Origin: Octopus bimaculoides
Lineage: Eukaryota
Direction of reading: 5' to 3'
NCBI RefSeq assembly: GCF_001194135.2
Contig: NC_068984.1
Location: 85,851,777-85,915,776 of the forward strand
Length of the DNA: 64,000 bases
Each line of letters starts with the position of its first letter. Within the stretch, counting starts at the first letter, position 1. The position numbers and the translations under genes were made by a program. This document shows positions 40,747-53,603 of the stretch, one piece after another. The notes below the pieces were generated by a model, which did no database searches, was not told where the DNA came from, and worked only from the letters and a program-made list of their open reading frames with translations.

Positions 40747-42534
40747 CATATATATATTCTTACCCATACTTTAATTATATAACTGTTATTAATTCATACA
40801 TATATAAATTGATTATTACACTCGAGACTTACACAACTCACACTAAAAACTATTTTACGGCTGGATAACTGCCACCAAATACAGTGGCAAACCGGATTAA
40901 TAACCATTTAATTAACATAGCAGTTTTGTAAGTTATGGGGCCAGTAGGAAAAGAGACAGAGGGAGAGAGAGAGAGAGAGAAGGGAAAGAAAAGTTGCACT
41001 GGTGTTAGTGAAAAAAGGTTTGAATATGTATTCGTGATATAAGCCAAGAGCAACGGAGGAAAACACAGGAAGTTTTTAAAAAATTGCAAAATTTAGAAAA
41101 CCAGAAACGGACTGAGCCGAATCGGACTGGTACTGACCTAGCCAAGATACAGCGAAGGTTCGTTCCGATCGCTTTTATAACAACACAAATACAGTAAATA
41201 TAAATAAGTAAAATCGACTGAATTCATCTGGGAATTCATTAAAACACAAATTGGTGGTAGTTGTCAAATTATAATAAAAACAAAATATGTTGTTTATCAT
41301 CACAGTGTGTGTGTGTATGAAATTAGTCTTATGTTTGCCGTATCTGTTTTAAATGTGAGAACTCTAAGCTGACAAGCTGTCTGGTTTACAGACTTCATAT
41401 AAACTGATTAGTTAGTGAGAGGAAGAAAAACTGAAAGACAGGATTGCTTTTTAAATGTCTTTTCTCGCTAATCAGTTGTAGCATGAATACAGTATCTTCC
41501 ATTCGGGAAATCTATGTATATCTGTTCGCTAAAGGAGGGCGGCTACCGCTAAGTTAGCTACAACACATAGCCGCAAACAGTAATAACATCATCATCACCA
41601 CAGACACACTGAATAGTCTAGTCTTAGATACTCTATGCCAATAGGTAAAAAAAAAAAAAAAAATTAAGGACGAGATGGTAAGTACTGAAACGCTTTCAAT
41701 CATTATAATTCTGCTCGATCTCAGGACTGGATTAGGAGGACTAGACAACAGCGTCACCAGTGGCCGACAGTATACAATAATGCTGAACACCAACAAAAAC
41801 ATGGAAAACTATCCACAACATTTACACATAAATAAAATAAATAAATAAATGACAACATTACGAACAACAAGAGTAAAAATCAGCACCACTGAAGTGATCT
41901 ACTTACTCTTTCTTCCATTCTTAACGTTAAATTGTGTCGGAGGCGAGAAGTAAGTAATATGTGCACATCGTCAACATATATGTAAGTATACGTGCGTATG
42001 CAAACACGGTAACTTCCTGTTAAAAATAAAGGAATGAATGGTTGTTGTTTGGTGTGTCTTAGAGAGGAGATGGTCAACACCTTGTAACACGCCAATGGAA
42101 CAGACTTAGTTCTCTCCCTTACTTAATCTCTCTCTCTCTCTCTCTCTCACTTCCTCTAACTCTTCCTCAATAGTCCTCCCGTTTTCTGTAGTCTTTCACA
42201 ATTAATTCCAAGCACTCACTCTCCTTGAATTACCGAAGCCTCTTACTCCACCTCATCTAACACACACAAATATAAACATATACAAAAGCAGGCAGGCATT
42301 CACACTCACGCAAATAGATACACTTGGAAAAGAAGACAAACAACAACGACAGACGGGTCCAGGCCGATTAACAATTGATGTCGGTGTAGACAAGGATGAA
42401 AGAACGAGTCCACACACACAAGTCCAATGCATGAAGTTGTCGACCCTTGAGTCACTTAACTAACTTTACAGCTGAATAAAAATATATACTTTTATTTATT
42501 GAGTGCTATCTACTCCTGTTTGTTCCTCCAGTAA

Positions 42535-42535
42535 G

Positions 42536-42611
<76 letters not shown>

Positions 42612-42728
42612 CACACACACATATAAATACATACATATATATATATATATACATACACATATACATACATATATATATACACATATACATACACACATAT
42701 ACATATATATATATACATACACACACAC

Positions 42729-42779
<51 letters not shown>

Positions 42780-43196
42780 NNNNNNNNNNNNNNNNNNNNN
42801 NNNNNNNNNNNNNNNNNNNNNNNNNNNNNNNATATATATATATATATATATATATATAGGCGTAGGAGTGGCTATGTGGTAAGTAGCTTGCTTACCAACC
42901 ACATGGTTCCAGGTTCAGTCCCACTGCGTGGCACCTTAGGAAAGTGTCTACTACTATAACCTCGGGCCGACCAAAGCCTTGTGAGTGGATTTGGTAGATG
43001 GAAACTATATATATATATTTGCATATGTTAGTGTGTTTGTCCCCCCAACATCGCTTGACAACCGATGCTGGTGTGTTTACGTCCCCGGCAAAAGAGACTG
43101 ATAGAATAAGTACTAGGCTTACAAAGAATAAGTCCTGAGGTCGATTTGCTTGACTAAAGGTGGTGCTCCAGCAAATGACTGCAACAAGTAAAAGAG

Positions 43197-43234
<38 letters not shown>

Positions 43235-44510
43235 TCTTCATCCTGTCAGTGATATACAAGGATGAACAGACATTGGACGTGCCCCTAGAGTCCGAATGTA
43301 TATATATATACACATACATATATGCATATAGATATATACATACAAATATATATATATATATACATATATCTATATACATACATATACATACATACAAATA
43401 TATATATATATATATATATATANNNNNNNNNNNNNNNNNNNNNNNNNNNNNNNNNNNNNNNNNNNNNNNNNNNNNNNNNNNNNNNNNNNNNNNNNNNNNN
43501 NNNNNNNNNNNNNNNNNNNNNNNNNNNNNNNNNNNNNNNNNNNNNNNNNNNNNNNNNNNNNNNNNNNNNNNNNNNNNNNNNNNNNNNNNNNNNNNNNNNN
43601 NNNNNNNNNNNNNNNNNNNNNNNNNNNNNNNNNNNNNNNNNNNNNNNNNNNNNNNNNNNNNNNNNNNNNNNNNNNNNNNNNNNNNNNNNNNNNNNNNNNN
43701 NNNNNNNNNNNNNNNNNNNNNNNNNNNNNNNNNNNNNNNNNNNNNNNNNNNNNNNNNNNNNNNNNNNNNNNNNNNNNNNNNNNNNNNNNNNNNNNNNNNN
43801 NNNNNNNNNNNNNNNNNNNNNNNNNNNNNNNNNNNNNNNNNNNNNNNNNNNNNNNNNNNNNNNNNNNNNNNNNNNNNNNNNNNNNNNNNNNNNNNNNNNN
43901 NNNNNNNNNNNNNNNNNNNNNNNNNNNNNNNNNNNNNNNNNNNNNNNNNNNNNNNNNNNNNNNNNNNNNNNNNNNNNNNNNNNNNNNNNNNNNNNNNNNN
44001 NNNNNNNNNNNNNNNNNNNNNNNNNNNNNNNNNNNNNNNNNNNNNNNNNNNNNNNNNNNNNNNNNNNNNNNNNNNNNNNNNNNNNNNNNNNNNNNNNNNN
44101 NNNNNNNNNNNNNNNNNNNNNNNNNNNNNNNNNNNNNNNNNNNNNNNNNNNNNNNNNNNNNNNNNNNNNNNNNNNNNNNNNNNNNNNNNNNNNNNNNNNN
44201 NNNNNNNNNNNNNNNNNNNNNNNNNNNNNNNNNNNNNNNNNNNNNNNNNNNNNNNNNNNNNNNNNNNNNNNNNNNNNNNNNNNNNNNNNNNNNNNNNNNN
44301 NNNNNNNNNNNNNNTACATATATATATACATACATACATACATATATATATACATACACACATATAAATATACATATATATATACACATGTATATATACA
44401 CACACACACACACATATATATATATACACACACACATATATACACACACATTCACACACACACATATATATATATACATACATATACACATATATATACA
44501 CACACGCACA
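42535..44510. repeat. (TA)n/(CA)n microsatellite field containing a SINE and assembly gaps (42780-42831, 43423-44314)
   Basis: Directly visible. Similar fields at 19045-19115, 40690-40745, 50610-50870 and 51530-51770; other large gaps at 1668-2269, 52515-52691 and 61472-61731. Confidence 0.97.
42859..43200 (+). mobile_element. tRNA-derived SINE family A, near full length, flanked by (TA)n
   Basis: A-box-like tggctatgtggt and B-box-like ggttcagtccc in the head, internal (TA)n, 3' end aacaagtaaaagagtaaa. Confidence 0.88.
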
Positions 44511-44829
44511 CAGGCAGATAATACAATAACTAAAACTGTGTCACATCTGATAACAGTGAGACCTTTGTGATCACGTGTCTGCAGCAAACACACGCCTACA
44601 CACACATGCAGACTACAGCTTGTATTCAACTATTCCAATGAATAGCCTGGTTGAACTAATTCAAATTGTCACGAGTTTTACATCTTCATGCAAGCAAGTC
44701 CCTCTACAACATGGTGTATTAGTAGTTTATTGCCGAACTAAATGTTGTTTCCTTTCATAATTTGCCAAGCTCCAAATTGCTTTTTATTCCAAAGGGCGTA
44801 ACAGAAAAGGGATCACTTCTCACTTCTAC

Positions 44830-45630
44830 CAACCATATTTACTGTCCAAAATACAGTGGAGTATTTAGTTACATACCATTACATTCTGAGTTCAAATTCT
44901 GTTGATGTCGGTATTATCTTTCTAGTTACATAAGTACAAGTCAAGAACTGGAATCATTTACATCAATTATGCCATTCCCCTGATTGTGACTTTGTATCTA
45001 TCTATGTTAGGATCTTAACTGGAGTTGTTTCAGCTATACTCTTCTCCATTGGCAAGTTGGCAGAATCATTAGCACACCAGACGGCATTTCTTCCAGTTCT
45101 TAACATGCTGAGTTCAAATTCCATGGAGGTCAACTTTACCTTTCAATCCTTTCAGAGTTGACAAAGTAAGTACCAGTTGAGCACTGGTGTTGATGTAATC
45201 AACTAACAACATTCCCCTGCCCCAAATTTGCTGACCTTGTGCCAAGATTAAAAAGATTAATGGTGAGCTGACAGAATCATTAGCACACTGGACAAAATGC
45301 TTAGCAGCATTTCATTTGTCTTTACATTCTGAGTTCAAATTCTGCCTAGGTAATCTTCATCTTTCATCCTTTTGGGGTTGATGAAGTAAGTACCAGTTGA
45401 GCACTGAAATTGATGTAATTGATTAGTCCCCACCCATAAAAATTTCAAGACTTGTGCCTATAATAGAAAGGAATGTTATTATTATTTGTAGTAATAAGAC
45501 AGTGAGCTGGAAAAATCACCAGGCAAAAAGTGCTTAGCAGAATTTCATCCATCTTTACAGTCTAAGTTCAAATGCCACTAGGATTTATCCTTTCAGGGTC
45601 AATAAAAAAAAGTACCAGTTGAACACGGGG
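44830..45630 (+). mobile_element. Four head-to-tail family B SINE copies
   Basis: ctgagttcaaatt..tttcatcc..aagtaccagttga motifs recur at about 44885, 45105, 45330 and 45560. Confidence 0.8.
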
Positions 45631-48350
45631 GGGGGGNNNNNNNNNNATACAGAGCATTTTGTGAAAGAGTCCACAAAAAATAATGTATCAAAAGATACTT
45701 TAGCCTATACAGAAAATTGTTAAGTACTTATTTTGGGATGGTCGTTTTTCTTTTCTTTTTGCCAAATAAACACACATGCTATAGTGTGTGTGCATGTGTG
45801 TTTATTTGGTAAAGCAAGAAAAAAAAAAATTACCATCCCAAAATATAACAATATCTGTTTCAACACATGATTTCACATCAGGAATCTTGCAAAACAAATA
45901 CCTAAATGTATTAAGTACTTACTTATTCAATAAATGATGCACAGTTATCAACACTTTACATTTAGAATTTCACTTCGCTTTTTTTTTCAAATTTTCTAAA
46001 TACAGTTTTATTATTTTCAGAAACACCTAACAACTCACACAGTAAAGCAATGTATGAGAAACACATCCATAAAAATGTCAGTGACAATATTCCAAATTCT
46101 GAGACTAGACCAACACAAAATCAAAGTGTAACACTTAAAAGAAACTCATCCAAACAACTCTTAAGTATGCATCTGAATAGTACTTAACGAAGGAAGCAAA
46201 CAAGAACAATGAAGAGGTTCTGGGACAGTAGACAAATTAGTCACTGTCTATCTATCAGCTTGCTTCTGGGCTTTTTAAACTCTGAACCAGTAATATATCA
46301 ACTTCTACTTGGTCTGACACTAATCACCAATCTATTCATTATCTATACAAACATTTCAAAACAAAGACGAATAGGATGCTGACACTGATGACAATGACTA
46401 TGATAATTTTGACTAGTTATTTTAGCCAACATAGAACAAAGAACAACAAAAGCAATATGGATTGTGGATGATTTTAAAAACATTCCTTTGACGAAAATAG
46501 AAAATTGAATAAAATACAACAGGACAAAAGAAAAAAATATAAAGCAATGTGGAAACCAACAGAAAAAAAAACATAGGAAACAACAAAACAATCAATGGAA
46601 ATCCAATCTTATTTGAAATCACACCAGTTCAGCTCATAAAGTGTTTAGAGGACATGACAAAGTTACTAAACAGAAGCTTAATGGATTCATTAAAATCAAA
46701 TAGTGGAATGGAATGGTAAAGTGAGGTGGGAGAATGACATTAATGCAAATTTGCTTACAGCTGTAAGATAAAAAGATGAAAAAAAAATCTAACAATAGTA
46801 ATAAAATAATTTACATGACATTAGGCTGTAATAACAGCCTTGAGGAATTCATCATCACCATCTCGTCATCATCATTAATCACTTTACCAAGCTAGCAACA
46901 CAGCTTCTACATAGTCATTCACTCAACCCACACTGACTATAACAACCAGTTTTCAACTAACTTCCAACAGTGCAAAATCTTTTCAAATGGGAAGGGGAAA
47001 AGCTCACTTTTTTTAGGTCCTGAATCCTAAATTATGAGTCAAGCAACCAACAACAGTGAGAGGAGAGCCATAGCTAAGAACTCCACTCGAATACTTTATT
47101 AAATTGGCTGAGTGTGATCAGCTTGTTCTTGGAAAGTTGACCAGGGTCAGAAGATTCAGTAGAGTGAGAATAAAAATCCCTTGCAGTATTAAGTTAAACA
47201 CCATCATTATCATCATCATTTCCACTATTCCACTCTGGTCAAGTTTATACTTATTTAAAAATACTACTTCTCCTAGATGGATCAGAGATCATATCACACT
47301 TGTATTTTCAATTTGTAGCATGTTTTCTATAGTTGAATGTCTTACTGATCACCAACCACTATAGAGAGTGTAGTGAGTGCATTCTATCATAGCACTAGCA
47401 AGAGAGAGATTGTCATGTCGTCAGCATTCTCTTCTACACTGTTTTGTTTCCATTCATTTACGAACCACTTTGCAGGAGAGTACTGGGAGCATTTATTGTG
47501 GCTCCAGCACTAGACAAGTTGCCTAGTCTGTGCTACATAATCTCCAATCATTATCTCATTCAATCACCAGAATGTCGTCTCATCCCTGACAGATGAAAGA
47601 GAACAAGAACATTCTGAGTTTCAAATCCTGCTTAGATCATATTTACTTTTCATCCTTCAAGGGTCAGTAAAATAAATACCAGATACATACTGGAATCAAT
47701 CTAATTGATTATACCAACCCACAAAATGTCTGACCTTGTGTAAGAAATTATCATCTTCTTTGTTGGTTCATATTTAATAATAGTTTTTAAATTGGGTACA
47801 TATAAAACACTCACACACACACTTATTTACATTACATTAATACTAATTAAATTTCATAATCACACACTTAAAAATAAGATATATATACACAGAAAACAAC
47901 ATACAAAGATACGTACACATATATATAAAGATATACACACACAAAGATATGTATGCATATTCACAACAATATGTACACACAGATAAATATACACACATAT
48001 ACACAAAGACATATACCATCAAGAGTATATTTTTGGCCACAAGAAATCCTTTTTAAAAAGCAGTAATACTTCCCAGGGGTATACTTATAGATGGAAAGGG
48101 AATTATACAAAGCAGTAGAGAAAACATTCTTCACATTCTTCTGGAATCATCCACCCACAATGTCCACACACATACACACACACATGCCCAGTATGTAGAC
48201 TAGATGGTTTTAAAATTCAATTAAAATACTGAATAAAAAGAAGTGTATACAGTTACAGCCATATTGAATCAGACACATATGCAAGCATAATCACAGATAC
48301 ACGTCTATACAATCACAGTTATTGTCACACACACAATAACATGGATATGT

Positions 48351-48394
<44 letters not shown>

Positions 48395-49039
48395 TGACAG
48401 TTACACATAAAGTCATCCAGTTCGACAAATACACACACACAGTGACACAGTCAGACATTAAACATACTCAGACACAGTCACCCACACACAGAGTCAATCA
48501 TGCATACTCACATATAGTGTGAAATATGTACACAAACACACAAGTTAGATATGCAGCATATACACACACATACACACACACACACACAAAACTCTGATGG
48601 GAAACTTATTCCCTGTTATACCTAAAAATGTTGTCAAAAGTTCTGGGTGCTAGATGAGAGAAAAGAATAGGGAGTCTATGGGTTCAGTTCTCCACACCCA
48701 CCCTCAGTTGTTTTTTTATGAAGAGAAAGAGAGTGGGGGCATTGAAGTAGAGAGGGATAATAAAGGGAGGAGCCTACTAGGCTGGAAGAGAAGGGGAGGC
48801 AACAGAATCAGGGAAACTATTTGAACAGAATATGTTTGGGTTCCATAAGTTAATTTGTTGTGAGAAGTGCAGGAAGCTAACATTTCAAGCAATAACTCTC
48901 TGTGATGTGGAGTGTGAGATACTGTTACATTTCATTCAATTTCTCGTTCTTGCCATCTTGTGACCAGAGTGACAACATTTCTGTATATTCTCCTTCCTAT
49001 GGAGGGTATATATAGCTAAGCAACTTAAACTCTATTATA

Positions 49040-49330
49040 ACTCCTATGGCTCAGTGGTTAGAGCACCGAGATCACAATCATGAGGTAGTGAGCTTGATTC
49101 CCAGATTAGACTGTGTTGTGTTCTTGAGCAAGACACTTTATTTTGCATTGCTCCAGTTCACTCAGCTGTAGAAATGAGTTGTGATATCACTGGTGCCAAG
49201 CTGTATCAGCCTTTGCTTTTCTCTTGGATAACATCGATGGCATAGAGAGGGGAGGCTGATATGCATGGGCGACTGCTAGACTTCCATAAAACAACCTGAT
49301 TCAGACTTGTGCCTTGGAGGGGAACTTTCT
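49040..49330 (+). mobile_element. tRNA-derived SINE, family C (gtgttcttgagcaagacactt core)
   Basis: tggctcagtggttagagc head, cttgattccc B-box relic; core shared with 53610-53830 and 60988-61270. Confidence 0.8.
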
Positions 49331-49334
49331 CACT

Positions 49335-49660
49335 CACAAACTCACTGCGTACTAATAGAATCTTAAGTTTATTCACATCAATCCGTTTAGGTAATTATTT
49401 GCTCTAACCTTAGGCTTGACAGGAAAATTCACCTTGGCACGCAAAAGCCTATGATCAGTCCAGCACTCTGCACCACGCATCACTCATACAATAGCAAAGT
49501 CCCTAGTATCTCGTTTCTTGGTGAGGATGTAATCTATAAGATGCCATTTCTTAGAACCAGAGTGTATCCATGTCGTTTTATACTTATTCTTTCATGACAC
49601 ACAAATCCATCTCTATGCACATTTGTAACAGTAGTAAACCATTATTGTTGGAACTCCCAA
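49335..49660 (-). mobile_element. RTE (BovB-like) LINE endonuclease fragment
   Basis: Minus strand reads KYKTTWIHSGSKKWHLIDYILTKKRDTRDFAIV*VMRGAECWTDHRLLRAKV, the typical APE-domain end of RTE-clade elements. Not in the ORF track. Confidence 0.88.
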
Positions 49661-49689
49661 TCTCATGCTTTCCTAGGACACTCCAAGTC

Positions 49690-50608
49690 TCCCAATCTGG
49701 TGACAAAGGGCCTCTCGCTCATGCATTTGTGTGAACTACCATGCTTCACGGCAGTGAAACATAGGCCATAACTGCGGAGGACATGTGTAGGCTTGAAAGA
49801 AATGAAGGTAGCATGAGCCGCTAGATGTGTAATGTCAGTGTGCACACACAACAGAGTGTAAGTGACCTGAGAGAAATGTTGGACATAAGAAGCATCAGAT
49901 GTGGCATGCAAAGAGAGACGTTTGAGCTGGTATGATCATGTACTATGGATGGATGAGGAGAGATGTGTGAAGAAGTGCCACTCCCAAACAGTTAAAGGAA
50001 TCCGGAGTAGCAGCAGACCCAGGAGGACATGGGATGAGGTGGTCAAACATGACCTTTGAACGTTGGGCCTCACAGAGGCAATGACGAAAGACCAAGACCT
50101 CTGGAGATATTCTGTGACTACAAAGACCTGGCAAATAAAGTGAGTTCACGGCTGTATCCTACACCAGTTTCGCATAACCAGCTCCAGCCCATTCAAAAGT
50201 ACCTTGGATTGTAGGGCGACCTGCTGTGCTTGAGAAGACCTATTGGATCAAGTACATCAACATCAAATGGAAATTGTAGTTGTGATACCCGTGCCGGTGG
50301 CATGGAAAAAGCACCATCCAAACATGGCCGATGTCAGCGCTGCCTTGAGTGGCTTCCATGCCAGTGGCACATAAAAAGCACCAACTGATCATGGCCGTTG
50401 CCAGCCTCCTCTGGCCCCTGTGCCGGTGGCATGTAAAAAGCAGTCACCACACTCAGAGTGGCTGGCGTTAGGAGGGGCATCCAGCTGTAGAAACACTGCC
50501 AGATCAGACTGGAGTCTGGTGCACCCTCCTGGCTTCCCAGACCCCGGTCAAAGCGTCCAACCCATGCTAGCATGGAAAACGGACGTTAAAAGATGATGAT
50601 GATGATGA
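49690..50608 (+). mobile_element. RTE-clade LINE 3' end (post-RT C-terminus, 3'UTR, GAT tail)
   Basis: Disrupted frame ...TMLHGSET*AITAEDMCRLERNEGSM...RLSWYDHVLWMDEERCVKKC...RPRRTWDEVVKHDL..., then 3'UTR ending catggaaaacggacgttaaaagatgatgat. Confidence 0.9.
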
Positions 50609-50619
50609 TATACGCATAC

Positions 50620-50650
<31 letters not shown>

Positions 50651-50963
50651 TATATATACAGATATATATATATATACATACACATATATATACATATACA
50701 CATACATATATATACATATACACATACATATATATACACATATATATATATATATACATACATACACATATATATATATACATATACATATACACATATA
50801 TATACATATATATACATATACACACATATATATATACATATACACACATATATATACATATATATATACACACGAGAGAGAGAGACAGAGAAAGAGAGAG
50901 TGTGTGTGTGTGTCCGAGTGCATTAAGGAGAGAGTGAATGAAAAAGTGAAGAGAAAAAGTTAG

Positions 50964-50999
<36 letters not shown>

Positions 51000-51527
51000 A
51001 GAAGTGAAACAAAAAGCAATGAGAGAAAATAAGAAAAAGAATGGGGCACAGTGATAAGAGAGAAAGAAAGAGTATGAAAATACAGAAAGGGAGAGAACCA
51101 TTAGTAATAGAGAGGAACATGTGGTGGTGTGAGGAGATAAAGGTGAGAAATTAGTAACATGAGTCACTAGAAGATCAGTGTCCCTGCTGCTGGCTCACAC
51201 CTGATATCCCAGCACACACTGTAGGTGACTCACTCAGAACAAAAGCAAAAGGTTGTGGTGGATACAGTTCCCTGCCCAACTTGTATTCCCCACCTCACTT
51301 TCACACACACACACACACATTATATTCCCTTACTGGTTTTTATTTTTCTGCTAAGTGACTGCAACCTTGCTAAGGTACATTTTCCAAGGATCTAATTAAT
51401 CATATCAATCAACTTCAGTACATATTTCAACTGGTACTTATTTTATTAAGCCAGGCATAAAGGGACACAACAGAAACAGTAATAACAAAACGAACAGAAA
51501 CATATATGCAAGCATAGATAATATGTG

Positions 51528-51580
<53 letters not shown>

Positions 51581-51610
51581 TATACACCTACATNNNNNNN
51601 NNNATACACC

Positions 51611-51648
<38 letters not shown>

Positions 51649-51789
51649 GATACATATACATACATTCATAGATGCATATACATATATATACATTCATACA
51701 TATACATGTATATACATACATGCATACATATACAAATATATATATATTTGGCATATATATACATATATATACTTGGCTTGCCAGGTCTC

Positions 51790-52456
51790 AAGCACACCTT
51801 TGGAAATATGCGTGCTTGAGCAAGACCCGGCAAACCAAGTGAGCCCATAACCCGTGGCCTATGCCAGTGGTGTAATCAGCCCACTTATGCGTACCTTTCT
51901 TTCATTGGACACTAAACTCTGCTTGTGAAAACATGTTGAGGCAAGTGAATTCAAAATCAAATTCACTGACGTGGCCGATGACAGCACTGCCTGACTGGCA
52001 TGGATGCTAGTGGAACATTAAAAGCATGATCCGAGCATGATCATTGCCAGGGCCGCTGACTGGCCCCCATGCTGGTGGCACTTAAAAAGCACCATTCAAG
52101 CAGAGCATGATCTTTACCAGCATCGCCTCACTGGCACATGTGTCGGTGGCACATGAAAAACAACATTTGAGCGAGGTCATTGCCAGTGTTGCTGGACTGG
52201 CTCCTGTGCAACTGGCATGTAAAAAACACCATTTGAGCATGGCCATTGCCAGTACTGCCTGACTGGCCCCCGTGCTGGGGGCATGTAAAGGCACCCACTA
52301 CACTCTTGGAATGGTTGGCATTAGGAAGGGCATCTAGCTGTAGAAACTCTGCTAGATCAGATTGGAGCCTGGTGCAGCCATCTGGCTCGCCAATCCTCAG
52401 TCAAACCGTCCAACCCATGCCAGCATGGAAAGCAGACGTTAAACAATGATGATGAT
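51790..52456 (+). mobile_element. RTE 3' fragment with five about 66-bp internal repeats
   Basis: Begins with the ORF end (LWKYA.L..TRQTK*); units start at 51971, 52037, 52107, 52173 and 52239; same tail as the copy ending at 50608. Confidence 0.85.
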
Positions 52457-53048
52457 ATATACATACATACATACATATACATACATATAACGGTCAAGTA
52501 TAAGATTCTTGTTCNNNNNNNNNNNNNNNNNNNNNNNNNNNNNNNNNNNNNNNNNNNNNNNNNNNNNNNNNNNNNNNNNNNNNNNNNNNNNNNNNNNNNN
52601 NNNNNNNNNNNNNNNNNNNNNNNNNNNNNNNNNNNNNNNNNNNNNNNNNNNNNNNNNNNNNNNNNNNNNNNNNNNNNNNNNNNNNNNNNNNAAGCAAAGA
52701 AAAAAAAAATCATGTGAGGGTGGGACAAAGAAGTTTTAATATTTCTGTACTGGTAAGTTCAGTAAGTTGGCTGAATCGCCAGCACAAGACAAAATACTTA
52801 ATAGCATTTCTTCTGACTCATTATCTCCTGAGTTCAAATTCTGCCAATGCTGGTTTTGCCTTTTCATCCTTTCTGGGCCAATAAAATAAGTACCAACTGA
52901 GCACTGGGATTGATGTAATCAACTAGTCCCCTTCCCCAAAATTTTAGGCCTTAGCAGAAAAATAAAAATTGCTATAGTAGTTACAGCTGTTTCATAACTT
53001 ACTCTGGATTATATCATTAACGTTTATGCATATATATATATATATATA

Positions 53049-53234
53049 TATATGATTGTATTGTATAATGTGTGTGTCATCATTATCATTTAACATCCCT
53101 CTTCCATGCATGCATATATGTATTCATATATGTATATAATATCTGACTGCATATATATATCTATATGCATGCATGGAAGATGGATGTTAAACAATGATGA
53201 TGATGACACGCACATTATACAATACAATCATATA
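53049..53234. repeat. Long inverted repeat (about 70-bp arms, 43-nt spacer)
   Basis: 53049-53118 and 53162-53234 are reverse complements apart from three substitutions and one 3-nt indel by my alignment. Confidence 0.92.
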
Positions 53235-53328
53235 ATACAATGGGGCATGGAAGAGAGAAAACTCATCTTCAGATCGTATTCTGGATATATTGAAGAATAT
53301 ATCCAATATAGAGCCAGTATATCCAGAG

Positions 53329-53603
53329 CAGGGGTTTTCAAACTGTGGTCCGCGGACCACAGGGGGTCCGTGGACAGCAAATACTTTTTATGGGCAATTT
53401 GATTTTATATATGTTTTTTAATCGAAATCTTTTTATTGACAATAAATTTATTTGTTAACTACTGTTAAATAAATAAATGTAAAAATATATGTTATTTTAA
53501 GCAAATATTTATGTGTAAATTTCATAAGCGTTTATAAGGGGGTCCATAAGGTAAAACCTGAAATATAAAGGGGTCCGCAAGTCAAAAAGTTTGAAAACCC
53601 CTG
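53329..53603 (+). mobile_element. hAT-type MITE (275 bp) with perfect 8-bp TSD
   Basis: ATCCAGAG|CAGGGGTTTTCAAACT ... AGTTTGAAAACCCCTG|ATCCAGAG. Confidence 0.95.

Larger units (their letters stand above)
40100..42450. promoter_or_regulatory. CpG-richer, transposon-poor block; probable promoter / first-exon region
   Basis: Visibly more CpG (e.g. ccgaatcgg, cgttccgatcg, ggcggctaccg) than the flanks and no recognisable SINE/LINE copies, 8-10 kb upstream of the PI4KB ATG exon. CpG o/e was not computed. Confidence 0.55.

Noticed and set aside
42496-42902. YI/CV/HT-rich ORFs (also 14029, 15069, 50548-51167, 58827, 6714)
   Set aside because: Translations of (TA)n, (CA)n and mixed microsatellites.
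51971-52295. CRISPR-like or hammerhead ribozyme array
   Set aside because: Whole units are homologous with no unique spacers, and the CUGAUGA...GAAA hammerhead core is absent.
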